A stretch of 64,000 bases of DNA, taken from the NCBI GenBank assembly GCA_973895155.1, contig OZ316891.1, positions 2,099,324-2,163,323 on the forward strand, read 5' to 3'. Source of the stretch: Marsupella aquatica (taxonomy: Eukaryota; Plantae; Marchantiophyta). Below the pieces are notes generated by a model. That model was not told where the DNA came from. It was given only the letters and a program-made list of their open reading frames with translations, and ran no database searches. The position numbers and the translations under genes are program-made. Positions 1-12,659 of this stretch are shown piece after piece (the stretch's first letter is position 1; each line of letters opens with the position of its first letter).

Positions 1-713
1 CAATGGTTTGCGAGGTGGGCTGATTGAAGGATTGATTGATTATCTGATTGAGTGTTTGATTGATTATTTGATCGAGTGTTTGATTGATTGATACTTTGGA
101 GCCTGGATTCCGCTGTGGTCTTTCTCTTTCGAATCTTTGGCACGCGAATGCATAATTCAGTTTTAAGCAATCTGTTCTGCTCTTCCTCTTCCTCGTCTCA
201 TTAGCTCTTCTTCCTGCAGCTGAATTACAAGTTGGGGCATTCACCATTCTTATGCACTGATGGACGAGTACGAGGTATGTCGTCGGCCAAATTCTCCCCT
301 CCTCCCTGTCCTGACTTCTTTCTATGCGCGCCCGCTTGACTTGAAATGAGGTGGAATGATTCGGAATCGATTTCAGCTTTGTTTGCTGCTCTCTCCTTTG
401 ATTGTACAGAGCAGCTTTGGCACATACTCGATTCTGTGACATTGCTTGAGAAATGGATGGATGCAAGGATGGGAGGACTTGAATCGGAGATCAATGAGAG
501 ACCGTAATGAATTTCCCACAAGTAGTTATCGGGAATTTGAGAATGTTAGGTCACCGAGTTATTGAATTTCTTGACCTACGGGTGTTCTTTAAAGTGATGC
601 AATTCTGTAACTGGAATCTTTGACGACATGATGATTGAAGTTAGCCATGATTTTACAGTACCAGAAAGATTCGGGAGTGGCTAGGCCGAGTAGTTTGGAT
701 TTGGGGTGTTGAG

Positions 714-1545
714 GGTGTTTCCCCGAATGAGGATACTCTTCCCATGGGAATTTCTCAATAGGTTGCAAGCCTTACACGCGTAGGCCTTCGATTTTGAGTG
801 TGACTTTATTGATTCGAAGAGGATGCTAAGAATTATGCCTCGTGGGAAAGTAGAAAACCATGATTTCTTCAGACATTCACATCTGAGTAGACCGCTGAAT
901 GTTTGAGGATGAAGGACTGGTTCGAGAAGGAATCGAGAATTTGGTCAGTCAGGACAATGTTTACCCTAATTACTGAGCTACTGAATGTAACAGTTGCTTT
1001 GTAAATAAGGCCTCAAAATGACCTAAGCAGCCTTGTGTAATTGTTCAAGTACTGTTTTCACACATCTGCATGGGGACTGCAGTATTGCAGGAAAGCTTGA
1101 GTCTTGTAAGGGGGCGTGTGGGAATTAGCTGACTATAGTTTTGAAGCGCTTGCAGGCAGAGGAGAAGAAACAGGCAGCAATCACTGTCCTATCGAATTAT
1201 TCCCAATTTGTAATGGCATGCATTGGAGAGGGAGTCACCCCTCATCAACTACGGCTGCATTTGATGAAGGTGTGTTTCGAATAATGCTTTTTCCTCTATT
1301 TTGGGTTCCAAGAGAACCAAGAGAACAATATCTGCTTGATTGATTTTACAATTGTATGATGCCCCTACATGTAAGATGTTGTTCGATTGTACTCTTTGGG
1401 TACCGATATGTACCTGCTCAAATGAAAACCGAGTTTTGATACAGAATGGACAAGTGTGTAAAATTGAAAATTTCCCATCTCTGTAGAAGAATTCAAATAG
1501 CTCTTGAGTGGTGATGTTTTAAGAGTTGCATGATGGATCACGCGA
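714..1545 (+). repeat. Dispersed ~830-bp repeat, copy A
   Basis: Reverse complement of 18437-19145 plus 19473-19588. The near-identical peptide WELADYSFEALAG..EETGSNHC appears in ORFs 1116..1343 (+) and 18641..18937 (-). Confidence 0.9.
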
Positions 1546-3402
1546 TTTCTTCACCGTGCATGCCTCTCTATGAATTAGTTCAGGGTTGGTAGTTGCGACA
1601 GAATACTATGGGGCTAATCTACTTGTATATTGAGATTGCTTTGAATGAACGAGTGTTGGATACATCAGAGGTTATCACAGCTCGGAGCCTTACCTGTGTG
1701 CAGATGATGAAAAGATAGCGTCAGGATAGGTGTCACTGATTCTATAGTCCGTGGAAATGGATAGGTAATGGCAGGAATGCTAACATCCTTGGATGTTCAC
1801 AAGGTCCCTGTAGGTCAAAAACGAGAGATAGGAGGTCATCGTTCTCACACGTAAGAGCTAGTTCTAACCATAGCCAAGGCTGATTCCACAGTTGGTGCAT
1901 ACTGACAGGAAATTACAGGGATGCCAACATCCTTGGATGCGCACAAGGTCCCTGTAGCTCGAAAAGGAGAGGCAGCATCATCGTCCTCAGAAGCAACCAG
2001 TAGTATGGAGGTTGTTAAGCCTCCTGAGGCTTCAAGTCTTTCAGAACGTCCGGCAGTGGCCTCTTCATCCTGAGGCTTCAAGCCTTTCAGAGCGTCCTGG
2101 AGTGGCCTCTTCAAGGAGTTGAGTCCTTCCGGATTCTTCTCTCCAGCTTAGGTCTACCACTCCCAGTTTGCACAACAATGTCTCTACTGTACCGGGTCTG
2201 CTCTATGATGGTTCCGTTTGGTTTCGTCGCTGAAACTCTTGCTGGCGGGTCACTCATCACGTCATTATTCAAGGCAGCAGATAGGGAAGAAAGAGCGCAC
2301 GGTTTCATGAGCGCTTCAATCCTGAACAAGGTTTACAGGATGTCTGTATCTGATCAAAAATGAGGCATTTGGCTTTCACGTGATTTTCCCAAGACAAGGA
2401 TTATTGTTGCTTCATGGATGCTCAGATTGCAACTCGGCACACAAGGAGGTCGATTCGTATTACCTGAGCTGCGACTCATTCAATGTACATAATGCTCTGA
2501 AATTGTTGTAAAGGAGGGATGCAACTCTAATGTGAATACCAATATAAAAAGTTTGCCGTTTTGTTAATGGCTTTAGTGTCCAACTGCGAGTCTTGTGACG
2601 ATATTGCTAATCAATGGAACTCCTCCATGGCGAGGCTTGTATACTTCGTTTCAATAGGCTACTATTAGACTGAAAAATTGGCGTTAACCTTGTCTTTGAA
2701 TATAGAATTCGCCTCTTTGAAACTTGTCATCAAGTCCCCACGTTCTAATGTCCCCAGGACCTCATTCTACTTCGGAAAGGCTGTCCATCCATGATACCAT
2801 CAAAACGTTGAAGCTGGTCAAGTCGCAAAGTGGAAAAATACATTTGCTTCATTTCATTGAGACTAGAAAAGTTTGGAAATGGCTACGTTGGTTGTGTCCA
2901 AGAAATAGTTGTCCCGTAATCATTCCTACAGACGAAGGCAATAATTAAGTGTGATGAAATGCCGCCTTGGTTGCGTCAATAAACCAAGGAATTGAAGACT
3001 TGTCATCACTGGTTGTAATCTCCACCCGCAAGGAACTCAAATTAGATGGTCAAATTCGTCAAATTGACTAGAGTGGTTTCATCCGAGTTCCTTTTTTCTA
3101 CGTAAATGACATGGGGCACACATTTTAATGACAATCCTGCTCTCGATAGGTTTCAAATTGGCCCTCACTTAGGACAGGTTATTTGACCGCTAGCTCAAGG
3201 CAACATCTCAGGGTACGTCAAACTGGACGAGGTAAGTCAGATCTTTCCAAAGAAAGTTCCAGCGTAGATATATGCTGAACTAAGGAGATGACTAATGAGA
3301 TGGCACTTGAAAAGTCCTCAACATACCATATGTCTTCTCCTGTATATGAAATGAGTAATATGGGTTATCCAGAGTACTCTATGTGAGAGCTTGAAGTTTA
3401 AG

Positions 3403-3679
3403 AGAGCCAAATGGCATATTCATTTAACAAAGTGCGATGCAAAAACTACTTTCCAAGGCTATGGTTTGGTGTGAAGACTCTAGATTGTAACTCCCAATAA
3501 AGACAAAACAAAAACACAAAACAAAAAATGAGATGGACAAGAAACAGGGAAGCTTACGAGAGCCAAATGGCATATTTACTGATGCAAAAGCTACTTTCCA
3601 AGGCTATGGTTTGGAGTGACTCTAGATTGTAACTCCCAATAAAGACAAAACAAAAAATGAGATGGACAAGAAACAGGGA
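3403..3679. repeat. Tandem duplication of ~120-150 bp
   Basis: AGAGCCAAATGGCATATT..CTACTTTCCAAGGCTATGG..GGACAAGAAACAGGGA occurs twice. Confidence 0.85.
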
Positions 3680-4062
3680 TGGGGCCACTTACAAAGTACA
3701 AAACTGAAAGTGAGGTGGACGAAAAGTAGGGATGAGGGCAAAGATGAACAGGACATAACATAAAATCTTTTTTTTGGCAGTATGTTTTTATTTCATCTCT
3801 ATTTACATTCAAGAAAGGGGTAATCAGACTAGTGCTCTCTCATATACATGAATGTACTCTATATAAATTGAGTCCTATGAGTTACACAGTTTTGCAAGCG
3901 AATTCTGGCATACATGATTGAACTGCATATAAAATGAGTACTATAACTTACCAAAAACAAATTAAGAGATCCTGTGATATACATGATTGCATCGTATATG
4001 AAAGAGGACTATGAGTTACCCAAAGTTCCTTATTCGAGAACTTGTGGTTTAAGAGGGCTGAA

Positions 4063-4146
4063 TAGTCTGTAAGACGAATCAGCACACATGCAGATCGAGT
4101 TCCCTAGTCTGAAAGACGAATCAGCACACATGCAGATCGAGTTCCC
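4063..4146. repeat. Two-copy 42-bp tandem repeat
   Basis: TAGTCTG(T/A)AAGACGAATCAGCACACATGCAGATCGAGTTCCC twice. Confidence 0.9.
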
Positions 4147-4767
4147 TGCGTACAGTGCAGTACAAGAATGCACTCGAAGTGTATAAGATAACTCGGTTGG
4201 TTCCAGTTCAGGCTGCTTCGCCTATCAGAAGCGAAGAAGGCCAGAGACATACTTACCTGCGAGTTCTTCCTGGGGTTGAGACGTTGGTGGGGTATTTCAA
4301 AAGTCAACATTTTGACGGCAAGATTAATAGGGGGAATAACAGAGAGACAATTAGAATTTCCCACTACCTTTTAAACAGTCATAGTCGATACGAGAGTGGT
4401 CCGAAAACAAGGAAAATGACCAAAAACAAGCATGCAAGCAAATCACCACATATCATAGGCCGAGACATGGAGCTTCTCTTATCAGTGAGAAGGACAGTCC
4501 GCACACCTTTAGAGGGCAATCAGCTTGAAACTATTTAATCGTGCTGTTAATTTTACAGATCTTAGAGAGAAGCCTCCATCACATCCTAAGTGTAGACTAT
4601 TCTTACACGAAGCGAATTGGGAAAAAACAATATTAGGGCTGGATGTGCTCATGACAACTGTTCCCCTTTGTCAATACTCGTCATTGAATACATGCTCCAG
4701 TTATCATCTACGAGGATATAAAGTGATCCTTTTCAGGCAGCAAAAGGGTCTTGAACAATGCAACTAA

Positions 4768-7700
4768 TCACCTGCTCTTCTTCGGTCCCAGTTGAGACGA
4801 CACATGGTCCTGCAAACCCAGTTAAAGTAATGCACAAATCAGTACTAAAACCTTGCCGATCAGAATAACCTAACAAAAACTCTGATTCCAGCACAAAAAG
4901 GTCATTTCCTTGTCAAACAAAACAGGAGAAAGCTAAGTTGTGACTAACACTGGTCCAAATAGGTTTCGTCAGCCTTGAAACTTCTAACTGCTTAGAAAGC
5001 TCACCGTGATAAAATCGAAGGCTTTGGAGTCCTCCTTTTTCATATTCTCTGCAACGGAGGTATACCTTGACCCAGGGTCACCCGAGAAATCAAAATTATC
5101 AGGGTAATTAGGCTGCAGGCCTCCTCCGTTGGAATTACTCGTTTGCAAACCTCCATATCTTGGTATTCCAGGAAACCCAGGCGTATACTGCTGCTGCGCA
5201 AAAGCAGCATTCGCAGCAGCATAGTTCACAGGTCCAGCAGAAAATCCAGGTTGGAGCATCACATTGGCAGGAAATTGCCCAGGTACACCACCGGAAAATC
5301 CTTGCACGTATTGCCCATTACCAGCAGGAATAAAGTACATCTGTGGGGCCACTCCACTCCCTTGAAAACCCCCAGCCTGAACTCCAGTTCGTTGTGGTTG
5401 AGGCATTTGAAACAAGTTCGGTGCATTTGCAACGCCACTGAAGTTGGAAGACGGAGCCATAGGAACTTGTTGCTGAAGAGGTCGGTCAACAGATGAAAAA
5501 CTTTGTAGCTGCTCATTTGCTTTCCTGGCACTTGGAGTTCCATTGCTGGTAGAAAGGCTTCCCATCAGATCAACCAGATTGTCCTGAGACGCTGCAGCAT
5601 TCCTACCGTGTGCTGCAGAAAGCCCATCCAATAAATTATTGCCACCATCCTTCCGCCCAGAACCTTCCACCGCACCACCATTCTCAGCTCTTCTGCCACT
5701 ATCCATATCAAGACCTGAAAACAAATCAGATTCTTTGCCACTTCCACGTGAATTATCAGAGCTGTGGAATGACATGCCAGCGAATGGATCTGCTTCAGAA
5801 CTCTTGGCGGGGACATTAGCAGCTGTCTCATCGACCCAATCTCCGAACAAATTAACTTCAGCAGGTTGTGCTGCAACGCTTGGCACAGGTAGCTCGTGCT
5901 TTGGAGCTTGCATGGTTTCCAACGTGTCTGTTGTAAGGTCGAAGTCCGTGGTGTCTAACAAATCTGGGAAATCGGCAACCGGGGGCGCTGCAGCTTTAGA
6001 TCCGGACTCTAACCCTTGCTCTCCATCAACATCCCTTATGCCACCTCCAAGCATTTCCATCACCTGTAGAACCATGAGAAGACAGCTCTCGATTTACCAT
6101 CGTCTTAACTTGGTTTGGAAAGCGTTCATAACTCGGGAGCAAAACTAAAATTTCATAATTTCTAGGGAGCTCGCCTTGGCTCAGACTATTTTCCAGATTC
6201 TAGAAAACCAAGACACGGACGATGTCTGGGGCTCAGTTCATCTCATACAGAATCCTATCAGACTTTTTTTCTTTTCTTTTCTTCCATCACTATTCTCAGG
6301 GCTCCGCAAATCGGACCCCACAATGACACAATAATTGAGGTTTCGATCCATGCATGCAACATTTAAGCAATTGGGCCAGGACAAGCAATTTTTATTGGGA
6401 GTAGTAGTAGCCTAAGCGAATTTGAACGAGAATCGTCTCAAGATGTACTTATGCGCGTGCAAAAGAGACTGAATTGTTTCCTTTAGTTCAAAATGTCAAA
6501 GAGGTACTTCTGCGGGTTTGTTTCTCCAAGTAATTTATGATTCAGGATCCTAATTAATACACGGGTATCCAAGCTGCAACTGCAAGCTATGACAAATGTT
6601 TTTCACTCCAAAAATTATAATTATAAATTAGGCAGCGGCACTACCCAATGCGTTCCTGTTAAAAAACTCTAGGTTCAAAGCTTTCCAATAGAGATTGACG
6701 ATTCCATTCGAGGATTAACGGTTTACCTTCTTGGCCTTGTCTCTCAGAGTTGCTTGCGGTGATTGTAAACTGTCAACAATAGCACTTGCATCTTCCTCGA
6801 ACATTGCTGCGAGAGAATCAAGCACCTTGCTGTCTTCTCTTTGTCTTATGGAAGACTCGATTAGACACAAAGCCTTAAAACGAACCTGGAATGACCGCCC
6901 TTCAAAGTCAGTATGGGAAGGCTTTGTCACCTAAGTTAATAAGATACAAATTCCTATCAAAATCCCGTCATTGATGGAGCAAAGGTCCTTCTAAAAACAC
7001 TAATCTCATGCGAGGGCCCTAATAATAAAAATCTTTAACCAGCAAGCGATTGCAGTCAATAGATAAGCCAATACCTGCCAATTGTGGGCTTTCAGCTTAT
7101 TCTCCAATGAATTCACCAGATTCGCAGCATCTAGATTTTGCGCTGTTGTTGTGAAGGCGTTCAGGGTTTCCCGAGTAGGATGTAACCTAATGCCTCCAGG
7201 AGTTGTCAAACTATCAAGCAGCCGGCTTTCCACAGTACTATCCGTCTTTCCATCTTCATAATTACCTCTGCCATTGCTCACTTCAGATTTGAAACTAGAG
7301 TTGTCTTTTGATGAAGGAGTCGGCACTCCATGATCAGCCTCTGCATCCCTTACATTCCATGATTCCCGTTCTTCCTTCTGAAATGATTTGTCGCGCTCGG
7401 CGGTCAGAGACCGGCGAAGACCCTGAGTGCGATAAGTTCCAGAAAAAGAAGGAGTTCTATTGTTTCCAGACCCAGACCCCGTATAGTGATTGTAATTATG
7501 GAGCATTTCAAGGCTCTGCTTAATTGTCTGACTTCCAAATCCGACCAGCTCTGTAAGCACCGACTTCTTCTCTTCTTCTCTTGGCCTACTATCATAGTTC
7601 GAGCTTCCAAAACCCTGGATACGCTTTCCAACATCCTCCATTCTTGAGGTCGTCTCCTCCGTACCAAAAATAGCTGCAACGGCTTCATGTGCCATGTCTC

Positions 7701-8697
7701 GTACTGCTTTATTCAAAGCATCACCTTTCAGAGCATCTAATTGTCCTTTGTAGTGGAAATAGGATTTAATTACTCCAGATTGTCTTTGCATTTCCCGTTT
7801 AAAATCTGTCCCGCCCTTCCCTGCAGCATACTTGATAAATCTCAAGGTCTGCACAACCAGAACAAACGAACATTACTAGCTGTGCACAGATCCAACTTGT
7901 GTTCCTCATAGTCATAGCTCAGTAGGATAGTATCATACGTAGAGAGTGCCCAAAACTCAACAACCATCTCATTCACTCAACGGATTACAAACTACTAACA
8001 CACCATACAGATGAACACAAGAACGTATCACTCGGTTGCAAGTCACTCACGACCCTTCATCGACCAAAGTTTGGAAAGAAGAAGATGCACAGCTCACAAT
8101 TTTCAACGTCATTCACCCGGTAATATAAGAATTTGTGATCCACTTCAACTCTAATAAAGAGGTGAACGCATGATCGAAAGACTGGCTGTATTGCATGTCC
8201 AGGTATGAAATACAAACAGTTCCAACAGTCACAACTCCCAAGTCGCAAGCAGACCAGGTGGGTAGCAAGAACAAGAGATTAACAGCAAGTACAGGAGATT
8301 ATCAGTAGAGCAGATCAATATCTTTGATCCTTGATCCTCCTGCATGCCTGCTGTAGTGACCTAATCTGTACATCCACATCTGAATCAACCTAAAACAGAT
8401 AGGGCAGCTGAAGAAGACAACAGAGCAGAAAGCTCAAAACCCGTATTACGGAATAAAGACATGATAAGGCAAGATATTAATCATTCGTACCTTCTGCTTC
8501 ACGATGGGGTTTTTATGTTCCAGCCGCCTCATAGTGTGCTCCTGCATCTCGCGGACCACATCCAGAGGGGAGCTCCGCAGCACCTGACATATCTCTTCCA
8601 GGCGGTAGACTGGGGCAACTTTGTCCTCATCAGCAGTGACGCCATCTATGAGGCGACTCCGCCTGTAAGCTTCCACAGCCCTCACGCTGGACTGCAT
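4768..8697 (-). CDS. MTV1: ENTH/VHS-domain tepsin-like AP-4 accessory protein (MODIFIED TRANSPORT TO THE VACUOLE 1-like), 5 exons
   Basis: Exons 8697-8491, 7848-7075, 6885-6727, 6063-5005 and 4809-4768 join in frame at GT-AG sites. N-terminus RSRLIDGVTADEDKVAPVYRLEEIC...PIVKQKTLRFIKY is a tepsin-type ENTH domain. C-terminus KEDSKAFDFITDHVSSQ resembles the plant MTV1 tail as I recall it. Confidence 0.88.
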
Positions 8698-9593
8698 CCT
8701 TGCAGCCTTCGGCGATCAAACTACACGGCACTTTCCGGATTTCCACAGCTTTTCAAGCTTCTAATCAGCTTCCCAACGGAAGACCTATCCCAAGCGACAA
8801 TCTAAGACCTACAATGAATGCCCGAGGCCGGAAGCCGGATCCCTCGATCCAGTGTTACCGCCCAGACATGTGACCACATCTCATCATAATCGATACGGTT
8901 CCTACAGTAGATCCCCTTGTTGTTCAAGTGGAGAGAAGAGTAGGAGAGAGGAGATTAGACGACAGGAGAGCAGAGCAATCCCTCCCCGTCCCTGCTTTCC
9001 TTTCGTTCACTGCCTGGCTCCTAACCCTCTAAACGCTGCAGGCCATACCTCAAATGGATACTCGTAGTGTATGCCCTTAGAGCGGGGCCCACATAAGCAG
9101 ATCCAAAAAAATAAATTTCCGAAGAGCCCGGAGTGAAGAGCGGGTTTTCCTCAGCTGGGTTCCGTCCTTTTCGGGAGCCAATTCACATGTTGCTTTTGGT
9201 CCTGCGGCAAAATGTTCAATGTAATCCGACTCGAACGCAACTATCCTCACCTAAGCAGCAGCATTTGGCCTCAAGCACTGCAAATGCCTCCACAGTTGTG
9301 CCAAAGAGGTCAGCTAAAACTGCATGCACGAGGTATCACCCCTCCCTCCAAATTCTGGTGGTTCCCTGTAACAGCTCGAGAATGCCCACTAGACATCCAC
9401 CACCACCCTATGCCTGTGACGATTCTGGACTCCGCCTGGCAGATCTGAATGCGGCGAGAACGCTGTCAGGACGTCCTCCGACCAGTCAGAACGCCTCCAC
9501 GATGGCAATGCACAGCACTGCAACAAGTCAGGAAGACGATTTTCTCAGTTGGGACGAGATGAAATGGAAATGATCAACGAAGCAGAGATTCTG

Positions 9594-9668
9594 ATGCCCC
9601 CTTGTCTGATCTTCCCGACCCACGAAGAAATGCCACCTTGTCTGATCTTCCCGACCCACGAAGAAATG
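9594..9668. repeat. Two-copy 36-bp tandem repeat
   Basis: ATGCC(C/A)CCTTGTCTGATCTTCCCGACCCACGAAGAA twice. Confidence 0.9.
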
Positions 9669-10330
9669 GCAGAGACAGCGGTTAGAGCTAAAGCAGCTGG
9701 ACTCCACGGGTAGGGGCAGCAGAAGTACGGCCCAGACACCTTAAATAGTTACGTGGGGCAAAATACACCATGTTTTGCTCTCAAACAAGGCTCACAACAA
9801 ATGAACGGGAAGGAACTTCAAACTTTCGCGAAAAGGGCCAATATAAGTCTCAATTGACGGATGACAGCACCGTCTTAGCATTTATCAGTCTACTTCTCTT
9901 CAAAGAGGAGAGGAGAGGAGAGGAGAGGAGAGGAGCTCAAGCCTCGGCGCCCTGAACGCTCAGCCAACACATTGCCCTAGATTTCTTCTCCAAGTCGATC
10001 CAAAGGTCAAATCAGCCTTCTAATCAACCCCAAACTGCTCATCGACAGAAACCCTCTCGAGATGGATGGATGGCGCAGCAGCAGAGAAGGAGAGTGTGTT
10101 TGATCACGGAAAGAGGGAGCAATGAATCTGAGCACGGACGTACCTCCGCCAAACTGTCCACCAGGACTTGGAATCGAAGCAACCATCAACTTTGGCAACC
10201 ATCAACTTTCCAGAGACCGTCACAGAGGAGGATCCAAAAGAGAAAGCAGGGACAACAGAGGGAACAGACGACGTGTCACACTTTTAGACGCGACGGACCG
10301 AGAAGCGACGGACTGGGCTGCCCGTGGTCC

Positions 10331-10613
10331 CATGTCACGGGAAGAGACCGTGAGTCCAGCTTGCTCCCGTCCACTTTCCCGTGGTTGGTTTTCTACAGTA
10401 CATTTCTCATTGAGGTAACATGTCACGGGACGAGACCGAGAGTCCAGCTTGCTCCCGTCCACTTTCTCCCGTCCACTTTCCCGTGGTTGGTTTTCCCGTG
10501 GTTGGTTTTCTACAGTAGATTTCTCATTGATGTAACATGTCACGGGACGAGACCGTGAGTCCAGCTTGCTCCCGTCCACTTTCCCGTCGTTGGTTTTCTA
10601 GATTTCTCATTGA
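10331..10613. repeat. Three-copy tandem repeat, core unit ~88 bp with internal sub-duplications
   Basis: CATGTCACGGGA(A/C)GAGACCG(T/A)GAGTCCAGCTTGCTCCCGTCCACTTTC..TGGTTTTCTA..TTTCTCATTGA three times. Confidence 0.9.
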
Positions 10614-12659
10614 ATACTTAAAACACTACCCTAGAAAGGTCCACCGTAGGGTCTTGCAAATTTCACGGTGTAAATTAATGGAGACTCTTGCAAGTTTGTA
10701 ATTTTTGAGAAAATTTAATATCAACAATTGATTCATGTTAATGTGATTTGATTTCAGCACTTTGCCTGTTGCCAAGCTACCAAGGATTTCAAATTCAAAT
10801 GTGCACCCTCAGTCCAATCCATCAAGGCTCTCAATTGACTTTTACATACACGCAATCTTTTTCATGTAAGTAAACAATTGATGAGAGCATTTGTCATTTA
10901 TTTGTAGTTAGGTTATTTCAGGATTAGGTCTAAAATAGTCTGTCTCCTTGTCACACAGTTCATGGGATATAGAAAGGCTGCATTGTTTTTCCCAAATCTT
11001 TATGGCGATCAAATAATGTTACAAACTACAAGGTAATGTGAGCTTTAATAATGCAATTGCTTTTTAACTTGGAATTTTTGGTGTACTTGAGCAGCTCATA
11101 AATCCTAATCTTTGTGTACACTGTCCACCTAAATTAGTGTGAGTATAGAATTACTCTGACACCAAAATCAGATTTAGGGAGACAAGTCCCTGGAAATGGC
11201 TTTCTATGTCAGCTGCCAGACTTTTTTTCAAAGTGTCACACTAGCTTTGTCTGAACCCCTATTTTGGGTGAGGTTTGTGGAAAAATCTTGACCTCTGAGG
11301 AGGATTCAAACCCAGCACCTGTGCCTTCCCGGTTGCATGAACATTTTCAATACTGTTTTTGTTGCACAGGATTTGGGCAAAGGCGGGCGGGCAGCGGGTA
11401 TGGAGAATCATGAATGAGTGTTCAGGACCCATAGCCCCGAATAAAATTAGAGAGACTCAAGCTAATTTGTGAGAACATTTTCTCCAACCTAAATCTCACT
11501 AATTAATAAGTTGTCACTATTTACTTTGTATTGAGAGTCACTTTGAGTCTCCGTTTTATGTCTCGATTCTCATGCAATATTCAAGGCCAAAACCTACCAA
11601 AAATGTGACTTCTTGTGACCTCTAATTACTGTGACAACCCAATACTTCAAAATTTGAAGGGCAAATGCAATTAGTACGACTTACACTAATTACCAACGAC
11701 AGTGTAGTTGAGCTGTTCCAGGTAAATTGGCTCGCAGTACCTCGGAAATTGAATTGGATTTTCTTTGCATAGTTGAGCGCTTTACCTCAGAAATTGAAAT
11801 GCATTCATTTGTCTTTTCTTTCGACAGATGAGCTGAGAAATTGACTCGCAGTACCTCAGAGATTGAATCGATTAGATTTCTATTCAGTACTAGTTGTCAC
11901 CTCAGAAATTGAATCGATTAGATTTCTATTCAGTACTAGTTGTCCTGAGAAATTGTATCGTCGTTCATGTTTATTGCGCAGTGTCAACAAGCTTATACGG
12001 GCGATGCGAGTCCAGTCGACCACAAACATAATTATACCAAAAGTTTCGAGATGCAATCATCATATGCACCAAACCATCCAAACCATCATGATCGCTGCTG
12101 TACTGTACTGTACTGTGTGACTGTAAGAGGTTGCACTAATCTGTCATGATGGATCTCTCACTTCTTACCATAATCCATTGTACGTGTTAAACTAGAGACG
12201 TCGAACTCCTTCAAGAAATCATTTCAGAAAGAGTCAGCGATCGATTTAGTTTGCAACATGATGCATTGGATCGAGCGTCCCGGCAGATTCTACGGCCAAG
12301 GTCGTAGCTCGTGAATGTTTATAAATAATCATAGCAGGAGTATTTTGCCAGTATGCCCACTACGAACACCTTCCTTGCACCTGCTGACTATTCTCATCAT
12401 TCTCTGATGTTGCGCATCCACTCCACTCCACTCCCCACATAGCTCCCTCAACGTACAGATGATACCGTGGTCTCTCCAACTCCACTCCACTCCATTCCAC
12501 TCCCTACATAGCTCGCTCAACTTACGGATGATACAGTGGTCTCTTCGACTCTGGGGCCCTGAATGAATGCAATGTTCGTTACTCGCTCCCAATGCATGCC
12601 AGATTCCAAAACTCTCCAAGTGCATAGATTTCCATCGAGGAGCAACTGCAAGGTCCAGC

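Noticed and set aside
2466-2483. AGCTGCGACTCATTCA, resembling the MIR319 loop-proximal arm
   Set aside because: No mature miR319/159 sequence or fold-back partner nearby.
4249-4260. ATACTTACCTG, identical to the U1 snRNA 5' end
   Set aside because: Downstream sequence does not match U1; more simply a minus-strand CAG/GTAAGT donor consensus.
5143-6148. Plus-strand ORFs overlapping MTV1 exon 4, and similar antisense ORFs over other genes and pol
   Set aside because: Shadow ORFs of real coding sequence with no recognisable domains.
7911-7950. tRNA-like TAGCTCAGTAGGATAG in MTV1 intron 1
   Set aside because: Only an A-box/D-arm-like piece; no anticodon arm, T arm or acceptor stem.
11290-11345. 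B-box-like GGTTTGAATCC on the minus strand
   Set aside because: No cloverleaf; at most a decayed tRNA-derived SINE fragment.
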